IMG/VR virus record: IMGVR_UViG_3300017912_003447
Location: 1-33,900 of that record
Strand: one strand, 5' to 3'
Source: a virus
Taxonomy: Duplodnaviria; Caudoviricetes
Length of the DNA stretch: 33,900 bases
Part shown: positions 1 to 6,777 of the stretch, one piece after another
Numbering within the stretch: position 1 is the first letter of the stretch
Layout: each line of letters begins with the position of its first letter
The notes under the pieces: model-generated
Told to the model about the DNA's origin: nothing
Database searches by the model: none
Seen by the model: only the letters and a program-made list of their open reading frames with translations
Position numbers and translations under genes: made by a program

Positions 1-3
1 ATA

Positions 4-279
4 TTAAACCTTTTTTACATTTTTTGTTATTAATCTTAGTATCACTTCATTTACAATCTCTTTGTCAAAAGCGTCTATCTCTAAAAACCACTTGTAGTTG
101 TTGTCATAATCCCTCCAAGCATCCACAATGTTAAAACCCTCGTTCCACAATATAGCACCTGAGGCCTTCTTCAAAGGGTAGACCATACCATTCTTTGTAT
201 TTATAACAGAACCAACGCTATATATCAGTTTCATATTTTCAAGTCTTTTTGGTTTGTGTGAGTATTCAAAGTTTCCCAT
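4..279 (-). CDS. hypothetical phage protein
   Basis: ORF track gives 4..291. ATG at 279 (MGNFEYSH...) directly follows the TAA (281-283) of the upstream small ORF, so it is the likelier start. No recognisable motif. Confidence 0.7.
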   Translation of the reverse strand: MGNFEYSHKPKRLENMKLIYSVGSVINTKNGMVYPLKKASGAILWNEGFNIVDAWRDYDNNYKWFLEIDAFDKEIVNEVILRLITKNVKKV

Positions 280-280
280 G

Positions 281-424
281 TTACACACCATATTCCATAT
301 AATTCTCTACAGTATCACTACCATATTCTTCCTCTATATCAGCCATAGCCTCTTCCATAGCCTCTACTTCAAGCGATTCTCCTATCTCCTCAGCCAATAA
401 TTCCATGTAATCTTCGTAATTCAT
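281..424 (-). CDS. 47-aa highly acidic microprotein (not in ORF track)
   Basis: Hand translation MNYEDYMELLAEEIGESLEVEAMEEAMADIEEEYGSDTVENYMEYGV*; AAAGGA Shine-Dalgarno before the ATG; first gene after the promoter at 450-479. Confidence 0.75.
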   Translation of the reverse strand: MNYEDYMELLAEEIGESLEVEAMEEAMADIEEEYGSDTVENYMEYGV

Positions 425-449
425 TTATTTATCCTTTAATTTATACTCT

Positions 450-479
450 AATATAAGGCTAAAACCAGATATGTGTCAA
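450..479 (-). promoter_or_regulatory. sigma70-type promoter TTGACA-N18-TATATT with upstream A-tracts
   Basis: -35 TTGACA at 479-474, -10 TATATT at 455-450, followed by an SD and ATG at 424. Confidence 0.7.
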
Positions 480-563
480 GCCTTTTTTTCATTTTTTTTC
501 ACTTTTTTTACGATTTTTATTGATTTTACCGGCCCTGCGGCGCGCCATTTTGTAAAAAAACAC

Positions 564-592
564 TTGACTTGTATTGTTTTTTTTCGTATATT
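564..592 (+). promoter_or_regulatory. sigma70-type promoter TTGACT-N17-TATATT firing into non-coding DNA
   Basis: ttgact 564-569, 17-nt spacer, tatatt 587-592, A7 tract at 554-560; no sizeable + strand ORF follows. Confidence 0.6.
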
Positions 593-642
593 ATAGTAAA
601 CAAGGGGTTTTTAATGTAGATTAGGCATAGCTTTCAAGTTAT

Positions 643-671
643 AATATACAAAAAAATATAGCGAAAGTCAA
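643..671 (-). promoter_or_regulatory. sigma70-type promoter TTGACT-N17-TATATT
   Basis: -35 at 671-666, -10 at 648-643, A-tract upstream; shares the 17-mer aaagtcaagcttttttt with the promoter at ~4367-4383. Confidence 0.65.
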
Positions 672-878
672 GCTTTTTTTTCCGAAATGGTCTATTTGGG
701 GGGTAATTCCAAGCGGTGTGACACAATGTCATACGCTAAAATGGGCTAGGATTTGATACTCAAATATGTCAAAATGTCAGGCAAAAAAATTTTTTCCGCC
801 TTGGATACGAGCTAGGTTATTTTAAGGTTATTATATGGTAAAAAACCCCTCGGATGGTATCAATGTATGTCAATTAAT

Positions 879-912
879 GGGTTATTGGGGGTAAAGGTGG
901 GTAATAGGGGGG
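879..912 (+). other. canonical G-quadruplex-forming motif
   Basis: GGG-TTATT-GGGGG-TAAAGGT-GGG-TAATA-GGGGGG: four tracts of at least 3 G, loops of 5/7/5 nt. Confidence 0.6.
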
Positions 913-919
913 ATTAGTG

Positions 920-1174
920 TTAAGGTGGGTCTGTCATAACTGAATCATGAGCCATAGGCCAGAAGACCTTAATCTCCTCCAATTTCTCATGTTCGAGACA
1001 ATAGTAATACTCTGTAACATTCTCTCCCGCTAGGGAGAGCTCCTCTAAATTTATATTGTAGATGTGTCTTCGCTGTTGTACATCCATGTAGGATATCCAT
1101 TCGGGTTGTGGTGTCCTTACCCCAGCGCATCCGAATAGGAGTAATAGATTAATTTTCAGCGCCGTCCGAATCAT
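920..1174 (-). CDS. putative small lipoprotein
   Basis: Basic N-terminus, hydrophobic run and lipobox LLLFG-C (MIRTALKINLLLLFGCAG). Confidence 0.6.
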   Translation of the reverse strand: MIRTALKINLLLLFGCAGVRTPQPEWISYMDVQQRRHIYNINLEELSLAGENVTEYYYCLEHEKLEEIKVFWPMAHDSVMTDPP

Positions 1175-1394
1175 CCCAATACCTCTCTATCCTATCCTCA
1201 GCGCACTCATCATCCCCCATGTGGTCTATCCCAAGGTTGTAGTAATCCCAAATGTATCTCTGAATATCTTTTGAACTTATGTAGAGCCCACTAAGCGATT
1301 CGCGTGGGCGATATCTTGTAACCCTGTTATCGGTATGGTCTTTCTGTATACGTCTGAATATGTAATCCCCAAGGAGATTAAGACTCTCTTCCAC
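1149..1394 (-). CDS. hypothetical phage protein
   Basis: 81-aa ORF overlapping neighbours in the minus-strand chain; acidic C-terminus. Confidence 0.65.
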   Translation of the reverse strand: MEESLNLLGDYIFRRIQKDHTDNRVTRYRPRESLSGLYISSKDIQRYIWDYYNLGIDHMGDDECAEDRIERYWDDSDGAEN

Positions 1395-1611
1395 CCATAA
1401 CTCCTTTGATACCAGCCTTGTCTAACATCTCTTTTAGCGAAAAACTTTCTTTCCTATGATATACGTTATTATCACCGATAGTCCAACTGACCGTGAAACC
1501 CTCCGGCAGTTGTAGGTCTGCATCGGGCACCTCTCCTAACATCCTTATGTACTCACCGAGCTCCCTATCATCGTTGAAGTGTTCCGATAGTATACGAAAT
1601 AGATTTACCAT
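1378..1611 (-). CDS. hypothetical phage protein
   Basis: 77-aa ORF, AAGGA SD, TAATG overlap with upstream micro-ORF. Confidence 0.7.
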   Translation of the reverse strand: MVNLFRILSEHFNDDRELGEYIRMLGEVPDADLQLPEGFTVSWTIGDNNVYHRKESFSLKEMLDKAGIKGVMGGRES

Positions 1612-1688
1612 TAGTGTTCCTTTATAAATTTAATTATTTGCCATATGGTCACCGAGGTTATCACACCCAACGCTATCCACTCAAACAC
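1611..1688 (-). CDS. 25-aa single-pass membrane microprotein (not in ORF track)
   Basis: GTG start, MFEWIALGVITSVTIWQIIKFIKEH*; stop overlaps the next ATG (TAATG). Confidence 0.45.
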   Translation of the reverse strand: MFEWIALGVITSVTIWQIIKFIKEH

Positions 1689-1764
1689 GGTCTAAGTCCC
1701 TAGCAAATCGATAACATATGGCCACGGCTATCGTCCAGAATATTATCTCAAACACCATAACCAT
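1681..1764 (-). CDS. 27-aa single-pass membrane microprotein (not in ORF track)
   Basis: MVMVFEIIFWTIAVAICYRFARDLDRV*; GGAGAG SD, better spaced for the second ATG at 1758. Confidence 0.5.
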   Translation of the reverse strand: MVMVFEIIFWTIAVAICYRFARDLDRV

Positions 1765-1853
1765 CTCTCCAATAGACGTTTGAAAAAACGTGGCTCCCTA
1801 TCAATCATTAGGAAGAGTAAATCCCTATTGACCGCTTCTTGTTTCTCGCTCAT
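1743..1853 (-). CDS. 36-aa microprotein (not in ORF track)
   Basis: MSEKQEAVNRDLLFLMIDREPRFFKRLLERWLWCLR*; ATGA overlap with the stop of 1850..2086. Confidence 0.5.
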   Translation of the reverse strand: MSEKQEAVNRDLLFLMIDREPRFFKRLLERWLWCLR

Positions 1854-2086
1854 ACCTGTTCCTCCTCAATTACGGGCAGACCCCACCTATTCCTCTTGAT
1901 TGACCTCAACCCCACCGATTCGGTTGGATTGAAATCATCGGGCTCGTCGATGTCGTCCTCAATGTCTATCTCGTCTCGGTGTGGTCTCTCGGGAAACATC
2001 TCACTTAGGAACCTCGCGATGTTATGCGATATGACCGATACCCTATGTAGTATGGAGAGACCGAGGAGCTTAAGATTATCTAGCAT
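1850..2086 (-). CDS. hypothetical phage protein with acidic tract
   Basis: 78-aa ORF, GAGGA SD, DEIDIEDDIDEPDD segment. Confidence 0.65.
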   Translation of the reverse strand: MLDNLKLLGLSILHRVSVISHNIARFLSEMFPERPHRDEIDIEDDIDEPDDFNPTESVGLRSIKRNRWGLPVIEEEQV

Positions 2087-2366
2087 TTTCCTCTATCGCT
2101 CTGCTTAGTGGTGAACCCAACACCTCGAATGTGTTTTCGTCGATTTGTCTTAGTTTGTATATCTTGTCTTGGACGAGGCTATCCTTTTTGAATATTCTTG
2201 GGAACACCTTGATTGAATAATTTGGTTCGACCGAATTTTGACCTTGGGAATCCGTTAGGATTTCCGAGGATTCTAATTTAAATGTTATCAAAGTGGGTGA
2301 GGTAGCTGTAGATTCATAACCTGATATATAAGAACATAACATGATAAATAGAACTGATTTTTTCAT
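2076..2366 (-). CDS. hypothetical secreted/membrane-anchored protein
   Basis: MKKSVLFIMLCSYISG resembles a signal peptide. Confidence 0.65.
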   Translation of the reverse strand: MKKSVLFIMLCSYISGYESTATSPTLITFKLESSEILTDSQGQNSVEPNYSIKVFPRIFKKDSLVQDKIYKLRQIDENTFEVLGSPLSRAIEENAR

Positions 2367-2422
2367 TGATACCCTTTTGTCAATAAGTATAACTTAATTG
2401 GTTGTTATTAAAATTTTTTTTA

Positions 2423-2653
2423 TCATCCATAGAACATATCCCAAACATGCTTAAAAAATAATCCTACGAAACCGGTGCCTATAACTCCTCTCCACTTGGT
2501 TGTATTGTGTCGGTGCTGAGTATTTAGCTTCGTCTCCGCCCAAAGTCCTTCATGTGGATTGAACATATTTTCTTTTATAAATTTTATATCTGTTTGTAAT
2601 TGGTCAATCTTGGAGTGAATGACTTCGAATTCTTTTCTGTCTGCTTGGTTCAT
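2423..2653 (-). CDS. coiled-coil protein with C-terminal hydrophobic helix (holin/XhlA-like architecture)
   Basis: IHSKIDQLQTDIKFIKE heptads followed by WRGVIGTGFVGLFF; AAGGAAGAG SD. Function is inferred from architecture only. Confidence 0.5.
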   Translation of the reverse strand: MNQADRKEFEVIHSKIDQLQTDIKFIKENMFNPHEGLWAETKLNTQHRHNTTKWRGVIGTGFVGLFFKHVWDMFYG

Positions 2654-2680
2654 TTATCTCTTCCTTTCATAAGATAAATA

Positions 2681-3256
2681 TTATTCAGAATCGTTTTCCT
2701 TATACACTTCTTCTAATTTTTTTCTTAAAAGCGTTACATTCTTTGGAGTTGTTAACATTCTACCTGTTGGTTTGGTTATAAAGAAACAATTATAGCATAA
2801 TAGATGTAGATTATCTAAACTATGATTACTACCATCACCATCAAAGAAACAGATTAGAAAAGGGCCTCTTAAATCCTTATCCCTACATTCGGAATAACCG
2901 CAGTTACTACACTCTTGTTTTAGATAGCCGTCACGAATCATTCTCTCTTGTAGCTTCCAATGTGGGTAGTTAGGATTTTTGCCGTCAAATATATCTTGTA
3001 TCTTTATCCCCCAACCAGTATTACCTTTTGTGGTGACACCAACACCTGATTGATTTTTGTTTTGCTCAAACAACTCATATTTTTTTGCGTATTTCTTGAA
3101 TGTGTTATAACTAACACCAAGGTATTGTGCAGCGGCCCTAATAGATAATGTGGCATTTATAGCCGTTTCTATCTTTCCCTTTGGTATCGGTTTGCTTCTA
3201 AACGGATTCTTTTTTTTCGGTCTATCGTCAAACTCATTTAATTTTGATAAATCCAT
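2681..3256 (-). CDS. HTH + degenerate HNH endonuclease-domain protein
   Basis: HTH SIRAAAQYLGVSYNTFKKYAK; Zn knuckles CSNC...CYNC; HNH core DGDGSNHSLDNLHLLC with the expected His residues replaced. Confidence 0.7.
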   Translation of the reverse strand: MDLSKLNEFDDRPKKKNPFRSKPIPKGKIETAINATLSIRAAAQYLGVSYNTFKKYAKKYELFEQNKNQSGVGVTTKGNTGWGIKIQDIFDGKNPNYPHWKLQERMIRDGYLKQECSNCGYSECRDKDLRGPFLICFFDGDGSNHSLDNLHLLCYNCFFITKPTGRMLTTPKNVTLLRKKLEEVYKENDSE

Positions 3257-3468
3257 TATCCTAAATGACCACCCTCATACGTGGGAAATAAATCAATCTG
3301 GTCTTCATCTTTGTTTTCTATTAAGTCACGTGAATAAACATAATTCGTGCCAGTTTTTTCGTTTAACATTTTAATTATCTCTTTTGCTATGCTATCACGA
3401 GCGACTTCCGAATGGAGATTAGCGTCCTTAAAATGTTCAAGAACATCTTTAATAATTCCTTCCATCAT
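3256..3468 (-). CDS. hypothetical phage protein
   Basis: 70-aa ORF coupled by TAATG/TAATG-like overlaps on both sides. Confidence 0.7.
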   Translation of the reverse strand: MMEGIIKDVLEHFKDANLHSEVARDSIAKEIIKMLNEKTGTNYVYSRDLIENKDEDQIDLFPTYEGGHLG

Positions 3469-3695
3469 TATTCCTTTTCTAAATCAATGTTTTTTGATTC
3501 TTCTTTCCACCAATCATATCCCATAGGCTTCTGATATTTTTGAATCTTTTTGACCTCGAATATCTCATCAAAATTTTTTTCGTCAAGCCTCTTCCTACCC
3601 ATAAAGTATGTCTTTGCTTCTTGTATACCTGCGTAATCAAAATCTATCTTATCAATAACCTCATCGTTATTTTTGGTGGTAAGTTCAAATATCAT
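3468..3695 (-). CDS. hypothetical phage protein
   Basis: 75-aa ORF with AGGAGAG SD. Confidence 0.7.
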   Translation of the reverse strand: MIFELTTKNNDEVIDKIDFDYAGIQEAKTYFMGRKRLDEKNFDEIFEVKKIQKYQKPMGYDWWKEESKNIDLEKE

Positions 3696-3703
3696 TTTCT
3701 CTC

Positions 3704-4213
3704 CTATTTTAATATTATTCCGAAGTAAGCTTCACCCTCACCCCAAAAAGCACCTAAGATTAGTGTATCACCTATCATGTTTCTAACCGGCGCTATCATA
3801 TTGTTTAACTCACCATCTTGGTTGCTGTAACTTACCTCATTAGTTGTGGGTACTGTGAATCCGTTAAAACCTGTTATGTATGAAGTATCTGTTGAAACGT
3901 ATTTACCAGTCCAATCACTAAATCTTTCTTTAACTATATATCCTAAAGTATCATTTAGCTGCCAGTATAAATTACTTTCCCAACCGATTCTAAAATTATC
4001 TAAAAGGTCTGCATCTGAAATCTGTGCTGATACTCTATGTAATGTTTGCCAATTAGTCCTATCAATTGTTAGCTGATAATATCCATTCTCATCTTGTGGT
4101 AATCTCATATCGAAAGTTAACTGACCTTGATAATCAATTCTATTATCTTCACAAGATATGAATAAGGTGCTAATTATTACTGCGTATAGTATTCTTAGGT
4201 TTTTGTTCAACAT
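3704..4213 (-). CDS. putative lipoprotein
   Basis: ORF track 3704..4240; likely start MLNKNLR at 4213; hydrophobic ILYAVIISTLFI then lipobox FIS-C followed by acidic EDN. Confidence 0.7.
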   Translation of the reverse strand: MLNKNLRILYAVIISTLFISCEDNRIDYQGQLTFDMRLPQDENGYYQLTIDRTNWQTLHRVSAQISDADLLDNFRIGWESNLYWQLNDTLGYIVKERFSDWTGKYVSTDTSYITGFNGFTVPTTNEVSYSNQDGELNNMIAPVRNMIGDTLILGAFWGEGEAYFGIILK

Positions 4214-4331
4214 TATTTTTTTCCTTTTTATTCTTTTCATTTACTTTGCCGTTTGTTTTGATACGAGATTGTTCCCTCTTTACCCATTCTTCGGCCTCGT
4301 CCCAATCTTCCCAATTGTGTACTTTTGGCAT
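4170..4331 (-). CDS. 53-aa microprotein (not in ORF track)
   Basis: MPKVHNWEDWDEAEEWVKREQSRIKTNGKVNEKNKKEKNNVEQKPKNTIRSNN*; TAAGGAG SD; immediately behind the promoter at 4346-4374. Confidence 0.65.
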   Translation of the reverse strand: MPKVHNWEDWDEAEEWVKREQSRIKTNGKVNEKNKKEKNNVEQKPKNTIRSNN

Positions 4332-4345
4332 CTTATAACTCCTTA

Positions 4346-4374
4346 AATTTACGAATAAATAATATTAAAGTCAA
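4346..4374 (-). promoter_or_regulatory. sigma70-type promoter TTGACT-N17-TAAATT
   Basis: AAAAAAAGCTTGACTTT (identical to the 664-680 element), 17-nt spacer, TAAATT, then SD and ATG at 4331. Confidence 0.6.
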
Positions 4375-4613
4375 GCTTTTTTTATTCTCCATTTGTTAAA
4401 TAAATCTAAAAATTCAGTAATCGTGTATGATTTATTCTTTTCATCCTTAATCGAAATAGACTCTAACAGCTCTGGCTTTGTGTTGATTATTTTGTGTAAC
4501 ATATTGAAACCTAACGATGGATAAAAAACCTTAAAACTCTCCTCACCCAATATGTTGGTCTCGTTTACTAAGTCTTTTTCAGTATCACCACCCAATAATA
4601 AATAGTATATCAT
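4371..4613 (-). CDS. hypothetical phage protein
   Basis: 80-aa ORF with ATGA overlap to the upstream GT2. Confidence 0.7.
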   Translation of the reverse strand: MIYYLLLGGDTEKDLVNETNILGEESFKVFYPSLGFNMLHKIINTKPELLESISIKDEKNKSYTITEFLDLFNKWRIKKA

Positions 4614-5803
4614 TCTCTAATAATTAAATCCTTTTCATAGGTTTCTAATGAGTTTATATCAAAATTAAATACATCATACTCCATCTCACCGACTTCTGCT
4701 GAATCTTTAAACATCTCAGATAGATTCACTATCACCTGAAAGTTATTAGCATTTAACATTTTAGCATCAAACTTTACAATGATGTCATTGTTCTTTTCGT
4801 TGTCATATGGTTTAATCCTATCTGATAAATTAAATGCGGTGTTTCTTTGCTCCTCTTTTATGTAGTCATCATATTCACAATCCGTGTATATGGTAGAACA
4901 CCAAGGCTCTAACTCTCTCAGCATTTTACTATCACAATTCTTCACGACGAATCCGACATCATATTTTGGTGGTATGATTGGAAACATCATATTATCGTGT
5001 TTAACCATGTGACCCCACTTACGAATAAAATTTCTTGTACTCCTCAAATTTTGCTCCAACCATTCTGTGGACTCTCTCCCTTTCATAAACACTTGACCTG
5101 CAGGATTTCTCATAGCTCCATCCTTGAATCTACTACCACGACTTGTCATGTGATAAACAAAACCCTCCCAAGTCTGAATCAAATCATAACCAGCTAATAC
5201 AAACCTATTGAAGATATCGCTATCCTCTTTTGATTGAGGTGCATATAATGGGTCATGTCCATTTATATCTTGAAAGTCTTTCTTGTATATGGCCCATGGA
5301 GCGAATATACCTTTGGTTGGTTTAACATTTGTATCGGTGGTATTTAAGAATTGAAATAATTTCTGTTCATCAAATTCCTCTGGCTCTATACCACAATCAT
5401 GCAATATTTTCTCCGGCCCATCAGGATGTAGTGGTGGTTCTATCCTTGTGGCTGATACCACTGTGCCAGGTTCTAAATGTTTGTGAATAGCTTCATCCAA
5501 ACCAGGACACGCATACATATCTGCGTGATAAATCATCACGATATCATTTGTGGCATAATCGTTAACGAGGGTGTCATATAGTATGGTGTGCCCTAACCTA
5601 TTTGGCCCCTCGTTACGATGTATTTTTATGTTTGGGTCTTTTTTAACCATTTCTTGCATCCACTCCCATGTACCATCATCTGAAAAATCATCAGCCCAAC
5701 AGATTTCGTGAATGTATCCTAAGTTTTTACGTATGCTATTGTAAGACCACTTTAAATATTTTAAATTACTTCTACTCGGTTGTATAAAACTTATAGGTTT
5801 CAT
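4610..5803 (-). CDS. glycosyltransferase family 2
   Basis: ISFIQPSR...ICWADDFSDDGT, IVMIYHADM, GHDPLY...EDSDIFNR: GT-A/GT2 motifs. Confidence 0.85.
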   Translation of the reverse strand: MKPISFIQPSRSNLKYLKWSYNSIRKNLGYIHEICWADDFSDDGTWEWMQEMVKKDPNIKIHRNEGPNRLGHTILYDTLVNDYATNDIVMIYHADMYACPGLDEAIHKHLEPGTVVSATRIEPPLHPDGPEKILHDCGIEPEEFDEQKLFQFLNTTDTNVKPTKGIFAPWAIYKKDFQDINGHDPLYAPQSKEDSDIFNRFVLAGYDLIQTWEGFVYHMTSRGSRFKDGAMRNPAGQVFMKGRESTEWLEQNLRSTRNFIRKWGHMVKHDNMMFPIIPPKYDVGFVVKNCDSKMLRELEPWCSTIYTDCEYDDYIKEEQRNTAFNLSDRIKPYDNEKNNDIIVKFDAKMLNANNFQVIVNLSEMFKDSAEVGEMEYDVFNFDINSLETYEKDLIIRE

Positions 5804-6777
5804 TTTATCCTCTCAAATATTTTTTCTATGTGGGGTGTAAAATTCTTTTCATTATATAGTGATTTCTTGTAGTTTTCTCTACATTTTTGACTCATCTCGT
5901 TATAAAATCCCTTACCATTTTTTAGTTCTCTCGCAAGATACTTAGCTCTTTCTATGTCACCATCATCAACACTCAAATCTGGATGTAACTCCTCTTGTGT
6001 ATCCAAACCTTTGTAACCGATACATGGTATACCATGAAATGCACAATTTAGTGTAAAGGTTCCGGCCGCATGTGTTGGCATTAGATGAACTCCATATTTA
6101 AATTGTCTTAATGTGTTTATCCACTCGACCCAACTCATATATGGAAAGTGTTCAATATCAATCTCATCCTCCCTATCAATCTTTCTACCCATTGATGGTG
6201 CATAAATCGGTTGTTCGAACTCTTGTGCCACCATGTACGAGTCGAATCCACCATACCACCTAACCATGTTACCACCAATAATTACATTTCCACCTGATTC
6301 AGTTCGAGGTAAGATTCCTAAGCTTTCAGTTAACATTAGAGTCGGCATCTTATTAACTGGTTTGTTTGTCAATCCTTTATAATACTTTACGTCTTTATTA
6401 TTATGAGCAAATAACATATCAAATTCAGTGAGTGTATTATACCACCAGATTTGTTCCTCCATGGTGTAATCTTGGAAATACCAATGTGGCCCCTCTTGCA
6501 TTGATATGACTTTTTTACTAAGTTTTTTTAGGTCTCCAATCATATCAAATTGTAATAATTTATCCACATTAGTCTTTGGTAATGTAACTATTGCAAAATC
6601 AAAATGATTATCACCGAAGTGTTGTAAAACCTGTGGTATCTGAAATATCGGATAATGCTCAGCACCTAAAATGTATTTTGTTGATACATCATTTCTCATA
6701 TTTGGATTATCCAACGAAACTTTACCTTGCCAACCACCCTCGGTAAACCAAACTATCTTGTGGTCTTTTAACCCCAT
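5800..6777 (-). CDS. putative GT-B fold glycosyltransferase
   Basis: C-terminal GVHLMPTHAAGTFTLNCAFHGIPCIG resembles the GT1/GT4 donor-binding segment; glycan cluster context. Confidence 0.55.
   Translation of the reverse strand: MGLKDHKIVWFTEGGWQGKVSLDNPNMRNDVSTKYILGAEHYPIFQIPQVLQHFGDNHFDFAIVTLPKTNVDKLLQFDMIGDLKKLSKKVISMQEGPHWYFQDYTMEEQIWWYNTLTEFDMLFAHNNKDVKYYKGLTNKPVNKMPTLMLTESLGILPRTESGGNVIIGGNMVRWYGGFDSYMVAQEFEQPIYAPSMGRKIDREDEIDIEHFPYMSWVEWINTLRQFKYGVHLMPTHAAGTFTLNCAFHGIPCIGYKGLDTQEELHPDLSVDDGDIERAKYLARELKNGKGFYNEMSQKCRENYKKSLYNEKNFTPHIEKIFERIK

Noticed and set aside
611-628. Minigenes between the convergent promoters (+ ATG-TAG at 614-619; minus MPNLH* at 628-611)
   Set aside because: Too short to distinguish from chance without ribosome profiling.
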